The position numbers and the translations under genes are program-made. A DNA stretch of 64,000 nucleotides. Source: Vicinamibacteria bacterium (lineage in GTDB: Bacteria > Acidobacteriota > Vicinamibacteria > Marinacidobacterales > Marinacidobacteraceae). The stretch spans positions 224,001 to 288,000 of the forward strand of contig OY729431.1 in the NCBI GenBank assembly GCA_963422395.1, read 5' to 3'. Below, piece after piece: positions 1 through 9,203 of this stretch (its first letter is position 1; each line of letters opens with the position of its first letter). The notes beneath the pieces are model-generated. The model was not told where the DNA came from and made no database searches. It was given only the letters and a program-made list of their open reading frames with translations.

Positions 1-114
1 GCAGTGCTGCTCCCGCCGATCCCGGTGTTCCTGCTCGGAGTCTGGACCTTCGTGCGCCGGCGGCGCACCGAACGGGAAGGAGCGGCGGCGGCGCGCCGCC
101 TGCGCCAGTCATGA
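1..114 (+). CDS. 3' end of a membrane protein, probably a GldG-like ABC-transporter auxiliary component (partial)
   Basis: Frame 1 reads [22 protein letters not shown]...RQS* (C-terminal TM helix plus basic tail); TGA at 112-114; lies directly upstream of a DUF4340-like gene, the usual context. Confidence 0.55.
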   Translation, partial: AVLLPPIPVFLLGVWTFVRRRRTEREGAAAARRLRQS

Positions 115-1568
115 CCGGAATTCCGGGGAAGGAGAGCAACCAGATGAGTGAAGATCGGACGCCTTCGGCCGAAGGCGCGGCAGCCGAGAAGTCCGAAGCG
201 AAATCCGCCGGACCCGAGCTGCGGCGCACCCAGACGATCGCCGGTGCGGCGCTGCTGCTGACCGTGCTCGCCGCAGTGAGCGCCCCCCGAAACCCGGAAC
301 CGAGCGACTTCGTGGATCTCGGTGACCGGTTCTTCCCGGGCTTCGAGGATCCCGAGGAAGCCAGATCGCTCGAAGTCATCGAGTTCGACGAGGCTACTGC
401 CGAGGCGATTCCGTTCCGGGTCCAGAACGAGAACGGGATCTGGACCATCCCGAGCCATCACGACTATCCCGCCGACGGCAAGGACCGGCTGGCGCAGACC
501 GCCGCCGGGATCATGCTGCTCGAAAAGGACGATTTCCGCTCCGAGAATGTGTCAGACCATCCGGCGCTCGGCGTAGTGGATCCGCTCGACGAAGGCGCGG
601 TCTCGCTGGTCGGGCGCGGCCGGCGGGTCACGGTGAAGGGCAGCGGCGACCGGGTGCTCGCCGACCTCATCATCGGGCGGCAGGTCGAGGACCGCGAGGG
701 CGCCTACTTCGTTCGCGTTCCGGGCCAGAAGCGGGTCTATGTCTCGCAGCTCGGCGTGGACATCTCGGCCGAGTTCGCCGACTGGATCGAACGCGACCTG
801 CTGCTCATGGACCGGAACCGGGTGGAGGCGGCGGTTCTCGAGGACTACACGATCAACGAGCGGACCCTTCAGGTGGACCGGCGCGCCCGCCTGGAGTTGT
901 CTCGGGTGGATGGCGAGTGGACCGCCGAAGGTCTCGGATCCGACGAGGAAGTGGATTCCTTCGAGATGAACGAGTTGCTCCGGGCTGCCGACGAGCTGGA
1001 GATCGTGGGTGTCCGACCCAAGCCGGCGGGGATCGCGGCCACTCTCACCGGCGAGACCGCCGGGGTATCGAACGCCGACATCCTCTCGCTCCAGAGCCGC
1101 GGCTACTACCTCACCCAGGGCGGCAACCTGCTCTCGAACGAGGGGGAAGTCCGGATCGAGACCGATGAAGGAATCCGCTACACCTTGCGCTTCGGCGAAG
1201 TGCTGTACGGCCGCGGGGAAGCGGTGAGCGCGGGCGCTGCAACGCCGGAGGCCCGGACCTCGACGGGTCCCGCAGAGAACCGCTATCTCTTCGTGACCGC
1301 GGAGTTCACTCCCTCCCGCTTTCCCGAGCCGCCGCGCCCCCCGAATCGGGACTACCAGGACAAGCCCTCCGACGAACTCACCGACGCAGACCGCGAGAAC
1401 CGCGACCTCGGCCGCGCCTTCGACCGCTGGGAGGAGGATGTCCGGCAGGGCCGGGAACTCGAGGAGACGCTCACCCGCCGTTTCGCCGGTTGGTACTATG
1501 TGATCTCCCAAGAGAGTTTCGAGAACATCCGCAAGACCCGCGGCGACCTGATCCGCGACGAGTCCTGA
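111..1568 (+). CDS. DUF4340-like domain membrane-anchored protein
   Basis: N-terminal TM helix followed by segments typical of DUF4340 ([36 protein letters not shown]). Alternative start at ATG 144 after AAGGAG. Confidence 0.65.
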   Translation: MTGIPGKESNQMSEDRTPSAEGAAAEKSEAKSAGPELRRTQTIAGAALLLTVLAAVSAPRNPEPSDFVDLGDRFFPGFEDPEEARSLEVIEFDEATAEAIPFRVQNENGIWTIPSHHDYPADGKDRLAQTAAGIMLLEKDDFRSENVSDHPALGVVDPLDEGAVSLVGRGRRVTVKGSGDRVLADLIIGRQVEDREGAYFVRVPGQKRVYVSQLGVDISAEFADWIERDLLLMDRNRVEAAVLEDYTINERTLQVDRRARLELSRVDGEWTAEGLGSDEEVDSFEMNELLRAADELEIVGVRPKPAGIAATLTGETAGVSNADILSLQSRGYYLTQGGNLLSNEGEVRIETDEGIRYTLRFGEVLYGRGEAVSAGAATPEARTSTGPAENRYLFVTAEFTPSRFPEPPRPPNRDYQDKPSDELTDADRENRDLGRAFDRWEEDVRQGRELEETLTRRFAGWYYVISQESFENIRKTRGDLIRDES

Positions 1569-1629
1569 ATCCCGGCCCCCGGCCGAACCCCTTCCGGCGC
1601 CGTTCGGTCCGCCGTCCGAGCCGCGGATG

Positions 1630-3465
1630 TCACTCGGAACGCGCGGCCGTCATGAAGCGTGGCTTCCGTGAGTCGTCTCCCTTGATCAAAGCCTCGATTT
1701 CGCCGAGGTCTTCCAGAAACTCCTCTCTGGACACCTCCGTATAACGCCAGCAACTCAGTGTTGGCGATGCAGGTGTGGTCTCGATGGTTTGCCTCGAGAG
1801 GTGCAGGTTTTCTTCTGCGTTCTCGCTCTCGTCAACGGCCCAGGACGCTACTGCCAGACATTGAGAGAAGTTCGCCCCTTCGGTTTCGTTCTCCTTCGCG
1901 CGAGCCAACTCGACGACGCGTCGAAACGGCTCTTGCCGAAGCGTCCCGGTCGCTCCCCAAAGCGCCATCCCGTAATTGAACGCATCGACGATCGCCATGT
2001 CATCGACCGTACGTTCCTGCCGAGCCAGAAGCGCCACCGCTGCCTCGCACCGCCCTGAGCTGAGATACAAGAGACTCAGATTATGGATTGCGTGCCAGCG
2101 TGCAACCTCTGGCAGTTCGGAATCGTGCTCGATCGACTCCAGAATGGCTACCCCGACGTCCTTCTTGCCGCGTTTCCCGAGTTCGGCTCCCACGAATGAC
2201 CGGTCCATCGCGTCCAGCGATTGGATGCCGACTGTCTCGATGAGCGTCTCGACGGGAACTGCGGCCAACTCCAGAGCCTCCCTAACCTGCCAGGGGTGCG
2301 CGGAATCGCTCTCCAACACGCGCATTGCGTCTCGGGTCGCGCCTGCGGAGTCATCGTGTTGGGTGCGAGCCCGCGCCCGGTGCAGCAGCGCATCGGGCTC
2401 GCGGCAACCGATTTCGATCGCCCGGTCGAACAACCGCGCTGCATCTGTCTGCCGCCGCTGATCATCGTACAGTTCGGCGACCTGGTACAGAACCTCTCCG
2501 TCGTTGGCATGTTCCTTTTCGATCTGCTCGAGTTTCCGATCCCGATCCTGCGGAGAGTCGCGAAAAGCACTGCGATGCCAGCGAGGACGCCTGACCGAGC
2601 CACGTACATAGGACAGTGCGCCATCCCGATCGGAAAGGTTGCCGCTGACGATCTTCTCGATGACTGTTCGGTATTCGCTCGCAAGCCGACTCTTCGGGCG
2701 GTCCCGGATGAACACGGCCTGGTTCAGGAGTGCCAGGCTGTCGTACCGATGCACGATCACGGGATCGCGATCCATGGAGAGTTCTTTCCGAAATGCTTCG
2801 ATCTGCTTTCGGAGAATCTCGTCCTCGTCGTCCAGATCCGGCACGTTGGACATGACGAAGTGCAAGGCGATCTGCTTCTTCCGCGGCGTTTCGGCCTCTG
2901 CACGAATCTCGCGGACGACCTTGGTCAGGCCGCGCAGATTTTGTTCGTTGGGAAAGAAAACGACCACGACTGCATCGGGGAGCTGCCGCGTACAGACGCC
3001 TCCGGTGTCGGTATGCCCGGTTCGAGAATCGACCAGCACCCAATCTGCTCTGATGACTTTTTCCCACTGCGCTTTGAGATCCTCGAACAGTAGGTAGCCA
3101 TCGTGTTTTTCGTAGAGTTCAGCCCAGTCGATGTCCCGGAAACGCACTCCGTAGTCTCTCTTCTGCGAACCGGCCGGCATGACCCAAAGCCCACCCCCAT
3201 CCTGACCGGCTTGGCGCAACTCGTAGATGAATTCTGCTGCATCCGGCGCCTGGCCGGTTTCCAGGTATCGACGGACGAAGTCAACGATTCCGGGTGTCTT
3301 CTCAGTGGGGCGCAGCATTTCGAAGGACTCGAGGCCGGGAGCCTCCAGATCGAAGTCCACCGCGAGTACCCGTCGTCCCCGCTTCGCAAGATCCACCGCC
3401 GCGTTCACCATCGCCATCGTCCGGCCGACTCCTCCCTTGAACGAATAGAAAGTAGTGGTGTACAC
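1630..3465 (-). CDS. ParA/MinD-like P-loop ATPase (KGGVGR variant) fused to a TPR/helical-repeat region
   Basis: GTG start at 3465 after GAGGA; motifs TFYSFKGGVGRT, VDFDLEAPGL, VLVDSRTG, TRQLPD; C-terminal half has TPR-like repeats (EVLYQVAELY...AARLFDRAIE, DALLHRARAR). Confidence 0.8.
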   Translation of the reverse strand: MYTTTFYSFKGGVGRTMAMVNAAVDLAKRGRRVLAVDFDLEAPGLESFEMLRPTEKTPGIVDFVRRYLETGQAPDAAEFIYELRQAGQDGGGLWVMPAGSQKRDYGVRFRDIDWAELYEKHDGYLLFEDLKAQWEKVIRADWVLVDSRTGHTDTGGVCTRQLPDAVVVVFFPNEQNLRGLTKVVREIRAEAETPRKKQIALHFVMSNVPDLDDEDEILRKQIEAFRKELSMDRDPVIVHRYDSLALLNQAVFIRDRPKSRLASEYRTVIEKIVSGNLSDRDGALSYVRGSVRRPRWHRSAFRDSPQDRDRKLEQIEKEHANDGEVLYQVAELYDDQRRQTDAARLFDRAIEIGCREPDALLHRARARTQHDDSAGATRDAMRVLESDSAHPWQVREALELAAVPVETLIETVGIQSLDAMDRSFVGAELGKRGKKDVGVAILESIEHDSELPEVARWHAIHNLSLLYLSSGRCEAAVALLARQERTVDDMAIVDAFNYGMALWGATGTLRQEPFRRVVELARAKENETEGANFSQCLAVASWAVDESENAEENLHLSRQTIETTPASPTLSCWRYTEVSREEFLEDLGEIEALIKGDDSRKPRFMTAARSE

Positions 3466-3484
3466 AGGGAATCCTCGTCGAGTC

Positions 3485-4021
3485 TCAGGCATCTCTGAGC
3501 TGGTAGGCGCTCTGTTCGACCTGGAGCCGGTGGATCTGCCTGGTGTCGAGTACGCGGAAACGCGGACGCCGGCCGGCCGTCGGGGCATCCGGTTCCGCAT
3601 CCAGTTGCCGCAGCGTCCAGATGTTGTCGGCTGAATAGAGCAGCCGAAGATATCGGTCGTTCGCCTGGTTCTGGATAACGATGCCGTGTTCCCACCGGTG
3701 CAGGGTCGCTTCACCAAGGCCGGTGACCTCGGCGAACGCGGTGCGGGACAAGCCGTGGCGGTCCCTGATGGAACGCACTTGTCGGGGCGTCAGCAAGCCG
3801 TGATGTATGCAGACCGCCTCATGCTTCAGCCGTTCCGCCTCATGACCAAGAGACGCGGCGCTGCACGACACGCAGACCTCGACCGGGATACGGGCGCTCA
3901 ACTCGGTGGCGGATTCGTCGGCACCATAGGTGAAGGTGTAGTCGGACCACTCCGTGCGAACCGGTGCGCCGCACTCGAAGCAGGCGTCGGGCATCGTGGA
4001 TGCTTCGCTGCCAGATGTCAT
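3485..4021 (-). CDS. MqsA-like antitoxin (zinc ribbon plus XRE HTH) with a C-terminal extension
   Basis: CFEC...CVSC zinc ribbon, then LLTPRQVRSIRDRHGLSRTAFAEVTGLGEATLHRWEHG HTH; ATG at 4021 overlaps the upstream TGA (ATGA). Confidence 0.85.
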   Translation of the reverse strand: MTSGSEASTMPDACFECGAPVRTEWSDYTFTYGADESATELSARIPVEVCVSCSAASLGHEAERLKHEAVCIHHGLLTPRQVRSIRDRHGLSRTAFAEVTGLGEATLHRWEHGIVIQNQANDRYLRLLYSADNIWTLRQLDAEPDAPTAGRRPRFRVLDTRQIHRLQVEQSAYQLRDA

Positions 4022-4383
4022 GGTGCATCGTCTCCCTTTCTCTTGTCGGAATAGTGGAAGCTGCGCCCCCAGATGCGCCCGGAGAGCAGTTCCACCTTCA
4101 CATAGAGCCGCGGCCGGTTCACCTCGAGAAATATCTTCATCACGTATGCAGCGGCTCCCTCCGGCCGCCGCAGACAAATGACTTCCACCTCTTGCCTTTC
4201 CTCGATCCGGGTCGCGATGAGATCCCACGCACCGGCGTCAGTGAACGGAAGCCCGCTGTCCGGGCTGATCACGGTCTCCGGACGCCAGTTGGTCGGACGG
4301 GTCGGCGTGGAATGCGATTTCCGTGATCGAGGGCGGCGGGCGAGGACGGCGATCTGCCGGCGGACTTCTTCACGGATCACCAC
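4018..4383 (-). CDS. Putative MqsR-like ribonuclease toxin
   Basis: 121 aa, translationally coupled upstream of the MqsA-like gene; C-terminal LYVKVEL...RSFH resembles the LYxK...SFH end of MqsR/RelE-fold toxins. Confidence 0.6.
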   Translation of the reverse strand: MVIREEVRRQIAVLARRPRSRKSHSTPTRPTNWRPETVISPDSGLPFTDAGAWDLIATRIEERQEVEVICLRRPEGAAAYVMKIFLEVNRPRLYVKVELLSGRIWGRSFHYSDKRKGDDAP

Positions 4384-4638
4384 TAGGGATATCTATCATG
4401 TGAGAGATAGCTCCACATAAATAGTTCAACAGAATTTGAGATTCTATCAAATGATCGTGTATTGCGACGCAACGCGACTTGGCTTGGGTTCTCACCGGGG
4501 CGCCATTCGGACCGATGGAACGCCGGTCTCCCGGGCAACAGGCCGTTGGGAGAAAAGCGCGTCATTTGTTTTCAAACGATGATTTAGCGTATGTGATATT
4601 GGACATTCAATGCCATACCGTTCCATATTTCATCTTCT
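4384..4638. promoter_or_regulatory. AT-rich divergent promoter region with operator-like palindromes
   Basis: Markedly AT-rich against the GC-rich background; inverted repeats CTATC-N8-GATAG (4393-4410) and ATTTGA-N7-TCAAAT (4434-4452); lies between two divergent TA operons. Confidence 0.55.
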
Positions 4639-4977
4639 ATGCCGTCCCGCCATGATGCGTCGCTGCCGCTCCCAGTGCTCCCCATCCTCCGAAAGCTGGG
4701 CGCCGACCTCCGCGATGCCCGCCGCCGCCGCCGCATCCCCACCGCGCTCATGGCCGAACGGGCCATGCTGAGCCGAACCACCCTCCACCGGATCGAACGC
4801 GGGGATCCCGGAGTCGCTCTCGGCAACTACGCGAGGGTTCTCTTCGTCCTCGGTCTCCACCGGCGGCTCGGCGATCTCGCCGATCCGGGGCAGGATGTCG
4901 TGGGCCTCGACCTGGAAGCGGAGCGCCTGCCGCAGCGCATCCGCCTTCGCGATCACCTGTTCGACTCGGAGGGGTGA
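4639..4977 (+). CDS. XRE-family HTH protein, HipB-like antitoxin
   Basis: LRKLGADLRDARRRRRIPTALMAERAMLSRTTLHRIERGDPGV HTH; directly upstream of a hipA-like gene. Confidence 0.85.
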   Translation: MPSRHDASLPLPVLPILRKLGADLRDARRRRRIPTALMAERAMLSRTTLHRIERGDPGVALGNYARVLFVLGLHRRLGDLADPGQDVVGLDLEAERLPQRIRLRDHLFDSEG

Positions 4978-4979
4978 CG

Positions 4980-5793
4980 ATGGATCGCCGGGTCTTCCTG
5001 TACTGCGGCCGCGGCGACTTCGACGAACCGATCGGACGCCTGTGGCTACGGGTTCGCCGGGGCCGGGGCCGGGGAACCGCTTCCTTCCAGTACGACCCCG
5101 GCTGGCTTCGGCATCCCGACCGCTTCGCCATCGAACCCGTGCTCGAACTGGGTCCAGGCGCGCACCACACCGAAGCCGGGCAGGAGTCGTTCGGAGCGTT
5201 CAGCGATTCGGCGCCCGATCGTTGGGGGCGAATGCTCCTGCAGCGCGCCGAGCGGCGCGACGCCAGGAACGACGGGCGGACGCCGCATCCCGTTTCTCTC
5301 CGCGATGACCATGCTGGGAGCGAGGGACCGCGAGCCGCGCTCCTACCCCGAAATCGCCGACGCCCTCCGCCGCTACGGCGCGGCGCCTGCGGCCGACCTG
5401 AAGGAGCTCTGGCGACGGATCGTTTTCACCGTGCTGATCTCCAATCGCGACGACCACCTTCGCAACCACGGGTTTCTCCGCCGCGGCGCCGGGGGATGGC
5501 GCCTCTCCCCCGCCTACGACCTGAACCCCGTCCCGGCGGACCTGGGCGGCAGGAATCTCACCACCCCGATCCGCTAGGGGGACGACCGGGCGAGCCTCGA
5601 GCTCGCCCTCGAGACGGCTTCGTACTACGGCCTCGCCGCCCGCGAGGCCCGCGAAATCACCCGCCGGGTGGCCGACGCGGTCCGTGGATGGCGCGGGGAG
5701 GCGGCGTTCGGCGGCCTCGGACGAAGCGAACAGGACCGCATGGAATCGGCTTTCGAACACCCCGATCTGCGCCGCGCAACCGCCCTCGGCTAG
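4980..5793 (+). pseudogene. hipA: HipA-family kinase toxin pseudogene (internal deletion with frameshift, plus premature amber stop)
   Basis: The N-terminal part (ASFQYDPGWL, FSDSAPDRWGR) jumps near 5285 into another frame carrying RIPFLSAMTMLG, ISNRDDHLRNHGF and WRLSPAYDLNP; TAG at 5575-5577; HipA-like sequence continues in frame to TAG 5791-5793. Confidence 0.85.
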
Positions 5794-5930
5794 CTGTGAT
5801 CTTGTCGTAGGTTGTTCACGCGAGCCCGATGCCCGAAGCTCATGGGCATCCACGCCCCTCAGCACAAGGAGCAACCCGCAGGAACATCATCGCTCGTCTT
5901 CCCCCTGAGCAACATGGTGATTTTGCACAG
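5794..5930. mobile_element. Putative MITE/IS remnant, 137 bp, flanked by a CTAG duplication
   Basis: CTAG|CTGTG...CACAG|CTAG; 25-nt imperfect terminal inverted repeats (13/25 identical); internal hairpin GATGCCC-N9-GGGCATC. Confidence 0.5.
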
Positions 5931-7448
5931 CTAGTCGAGAGCCGGCGCCGCGAACTCGCGGAAGCCGCCGTCGGCGATCAGCGCGGCGATGTCCGCGATG
6001 TCGCGGGCGAGGGAGCGGTCCTCGGTATAGGGCGGCGAAATCGCGCGAAGTTTTTCGACCGCTGCTTCGATGGCGTCGGAACTCCGGGCCGGGCGGCGGA
6101 ATTCGAGACCCTGGGCGGCGGCGAGCAGTTCGATGGCGAGGATGTTCTGCAGGTTGTCGAGCATGTGATGGAGCCGCCGCGCCGCATGGGTCGCCATGCT
6201 GACATGGTCCTCCTGGTTGGCGGAGGTCGGAATGCTGTCCACGCTCGCCGGATGGGCGATGCCCTTGTTCTCGGAAGCGAGTGCCGCCGCGGTGATCGCC
6301 GCCATCATGAAACCGCTGTTGAGCCCGCTGTCCCGGACGAGGCATGCCGGGAGGCCGCTCTTTTGCGGGTCGAGCAGCAGCGCGCTGCGGCGCTCGGAGA
6401 GCGATCCGATCTCGGCGATGGCGAGCGCCAGGTGGTCGGCGGCGAAAGCAACCGGTTCGGCGTGGAAATTGCCGCCGGAAAGGACCTCCCCCGAATCGGC
6501 GAAGACCAGCGGGTTGTCGGTCACCGCGTTGGCTTCGGTCTCGAGGAGCGCCAGGACCTGGCGCAGCACATCGAGACAGGCGCCGATGACCTGGGGCTGG
6601 CAGCGGATGGAGTACGGGTCCTGAACCCGATGCGGCGCGGCGGCGGCGGCCGGGATTCCGCTGCCGCGCAGCAGCTCGCGTAACACCCCGGCGACGGCGA
6701 TCTGTCCGCTGTGGCCGCGGACCCGCTGGATGCGCTCGTCGAACGGGACCTCGCTGCCCTCGACCGCATCCGTGGACATCGCGCCCGCCAGCAGTGCCGC
6801 GGCCAGCATCGTTTCCGTGCGAAACGCCGCGGCGAGAGCGAGCGCCGTGGACACCTGGGTCCCGTTCAGGAGCGCGAGTCCTTCCTTCGGCGCCAGCCGG
6901 ATCGGTTCCCTGCCGGCCCTGGCGAGCGCATCCCGCGCGGGGAGAACCTCTCCGTGCACCCGGGCCTCGCCTTCGCCGATCAGCACGCTCGCCAGATGGG
7001 CGAGCGGGGCGAGATCGCCCGACGCTCCGGCAGAGCCCTGTGACGGGATCCGCGGATAGATCTGATGCTCGAGGAGGGCGCCGAGTGCCTCGACCAGCTC
7101 GAGGCGCACCCCCGAATGACCGCGGCCGAGGGCTGCGGTCTTCATCAGGATGGTGAGGCGCACGACCCGGTCGTCGAGGTCCTCGCCGACCCCCGCCGCG
7201 TGGGAGCGAACGATGTTCTCCTGCAGCCGGTGCAGCTCTTCGTCGGGGATCCGCACCTCGGAAAGGTGCCCGAAGCCGGTGTTGACGCCGTAAACGGCTC
7301 CGCCCCCGGCGATCGCTCCGCGGATCGTTTCGGCGGCGGCGTCGATCCGCCGGCGTGCGCCGGCGTCGAGCCCGACCGTGAGGCGGTCCCGCCAGGCCGC
7401 CCGCAGCCCTGCGAGCGATAGCGGCGAGCTCCCGATGGCCAGTCTCAC
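5931..7448 (-). CDS. hutH: Histidine ammonia-lyase
   Basis: [11 protein letters not shown]-forming [30 protein letters not shown]; GTG at 7448 overlaps the hutU stop (GTGA). Confidence 0.95.
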   Translation of the reverse strand: MRLAIGSSPLSLAGLRAAWRDRLTVGLDAGARRRIDAAAETIRGAIAGGGAVYGVNTGFGHLSEVRIPDEELHRLQENIVRSHAAGVGEDLDDRVVRLTILMKTAALGRGHSGVRLELVEALGALLEHQIYPRIPSQGSAGASGDLAPLAHLASVLIGEGEARVHGEVLPARDALARAGREPIRLAPKEGLALLNGTQVSTALALAAAFRTETMLAAALLAGAMSTDAVEGSEVPFDERIQRVRGHSGQIAVAGVLRELLRGSGIPAAAAAPHRVQDPYSIRCQPQVIGACLDVLRQVLALLETEANAVTDNPLVFADSGEVLSGGNFHAEPVAFAADHLALAIAEIGSLSERRSALLLDPQKSGLPACLVRDSGLNSGFMMAAITAAALASENKGIAHPASVDSIPTSANQEDHVSMATHAARRLHHMLDNLQNILAIELLAAAQGLEFRRPARSSDAIEAAVEKLRAISPPYTEDRSLARDIADIAALIADGGFREFAAPALD

Positions 7449-9160
7449 GAGCCGGTCTCGGAGGAGGACTTCGCGCCCGGGATCATGGGCAGGTCGAGCC
7501 GGTGTTCGCGGGCGCAGGCGATGGCCTCTTCGTAGCCGGCGTCGGCGTGGCGCATGACTCCCGAAGCCGGGTCGTTCCAGAGCACCCGCTCGATCCTGCG
7601 GTCGGCCGCTTCGCTGCCGTCGCAGACGATGACGAACCCGGCGTGCTGCGAGTAGCCCATCCCGACGCCGCCGCCGTGGTGGATCGAAACCCAGGTCGCA
7701 CCGCTCGCGGTGTTGAGCAAGGCGTTGAGGAATGCCCAGTCCGAGACCGCGTCGGAGCCGTCGCGCATCGCCTCGGTCTCTCGATTCGGGCTCGCCACCG
7801 ACCCGCTGTCGAGGTGATCGCGGCCGATGACGACGGGAGCCTCGAGCTCTCCCCGGCGCACCATCTCGTTGAACGCCAGCCCGAGAAGGTGACGCTGGCC
7901 GAGGCCCACCCAGCAGATGCGGGCGGGCAGCCCCTGGAAGCGAATGTGTCGGCGCGCCGAATCCAGCCAGTCGTGGAGACGGCGGTCGTTCGGGATCAGT
8001 TCCGCGACGCGGGCATCGGTCCGGTGGATGTCCTCGGGATTTCCCGAAAGCGCCGCCCAGCGGAACGGGCCGATCCCGCGGCAGAAAAGCGGCCGGACAT
8101 AGGCCGGCACGAAACCGGGGAAGTCGAACGCGCGCTCGACGCCGGCGTCGAGCGCCTGCTGGCGGATGTTGTTGCCGTAGTCGAAAGTCGGGACGCCGGC
8201 CTCGTGGAAGCCGAGCATGGCGCGGACATGCGCTGCGATGGAGGAGGCGGCCGCCGCGGCAACTCCGTCGGGATCGCGGGCTCGGCGGGTCCGCCACTCT
8301 TCGACGGTCCAGCCGATCGGCAGATAACCGTTCGCCGGATCGTGCGCCGAGGTCTGGTCGGTTACCGCGTCGGGCCGGACGCCGCGGCGCAGGATTTCGG
8401 GAAGGATCTCGGCGGCGTTGCCGGCGAGGCCCACCGATAGCGGCGCGCGGGCCGCCGCCGATCTCCGGATCAGCGCGAGCGCCTCGTCCACCGTGCGGGC
8501 GCTGGTGTCGAGGTATCCGGCAGCGATCCGCCTGGCGATCCGGTCCGACTGGCACTCGACGGCGAGCAGCGAGGCGCCCGCGATCTTCGCCGCCAGCGGT
8601 TGGGCGCCGCCCATGCCGCCGAGTCCGGCGGTGAGGATCCAGCGCCCGGAGAGGTCGCCGCCGTAGTGCTGGCGGCCCATCTCCGCGAAGGTCTCGTAGG
8701 TTCCCTGCACGACGCCCTGGCTGCCGATGTAGATCCACGATCCGGCGGTCATCTGGCCGAACATCATCAGCCCCTTCCGGTCGAGTTCCCGGAAGTGCTC
8801 CCAATTCGCCCAAGCGGGCACCAGGTTGGAGTTGGCGATCAGCACCCGCGGCGCGTCGAGGTGGGTTCTGAAGACGCCGACCGGCTTGCCGGACTGGACC
8901 ACCAGGGTTTCGTCGGCCTCGAGTTTCCGGAGAGTGGCGAGGATCGCCTCGTACGCCTCGTGATTGCGGGCCGCCTTGCCGATCCCTCCGTACACCACGA
9001 GGTCTTCCGGACGCTCCGCAACCTCCGGGTCGAGGTTGTTCATCAGCATTCGGAGCGGCGCTTCGGTCAGCCAGCTCTTCGCCCGGAGCCGGCGCCCGGT
9101 CGGGGCCCTGATCACCGCCTCGACCGTCGTCTCGGCCGTCGAGGTCTGGACGGTCTTCAT
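7445..9160 (-). CDS. hutU: Urocanate hydratase
   Basis: [53 protein letters not shown]. Confidence 0.97.
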   Translation of the reverse strand: MKTVQTSTAETTVEAVIRAPTGRRLRAKSWLTEAPLRMLMNNLDPEVAERPEDLVVYGGIGKAARNHEAYEAILATLRKLEADETLVVQSGKPVGVFRTHLDAPRVLIANSNLVPAWANWEHFRELDRKGLMMFGQMTAGSWIYIGSQGVVQGTYETFAEMGRQHYGGDLSGRWILTAGLGGMGGAQPLAAKIAGASLLAVECQSDRIARRIAAGYLDTSARTVDEALALIRRSAAARAPLSVGLAGNAAEILPEILRRGVRPDAVTDQTSAHDPANGYLPIGWTVEEWRTRRARDPDGVAAAAASSIAAHVRAMLGFHEAGVPTFDYGNNIRQQALDAGVERAFDFPGFVPAYVRPLFCRGIGPFRWAALSGNPEDIHRTDARVAELIPNDRRLHDWLDSARRHIRFQGLPARICWVGLGQRHLLGLAFNEMVRRGELEAPVVIGRDHLDSGSVASPNRETEAMRDGSDAVSDWAFLNALLNTASGATWVSIHHGGGVGMGYSQHAGFVIVCDGSEAADRRIERVLWNDPASGVMRHADAGYEEAIACAREHRLDLPMIPGAKSSSETGS

Positions 9161-9203
9161 CGCGTACCCTCCCGCGAGGCGGCGCCGGCATGCGTTCCGG
9201 TCT

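Noticed and set aside
1630-3465. Plasmid or chromosome partition ParA
   Set aside because: Walker A is KGGVGRT, the protein has a large TPR extension, and no parB or parS-like repeats are visible.
5575-5577. Amber read-through (pyrrolysine or recoding) in hipA
   Set aside because: The gene is already broken by an upstream deletion and frameshift, and TAG is used as a normal stop elsewhere in the window.
7449-9191. Apparent 1086-aa fusion extending HutH upstream
   Set aside because: The extension is an off-frame reading of hutU; HutH homology starts at the GTGA overlap at 7448.
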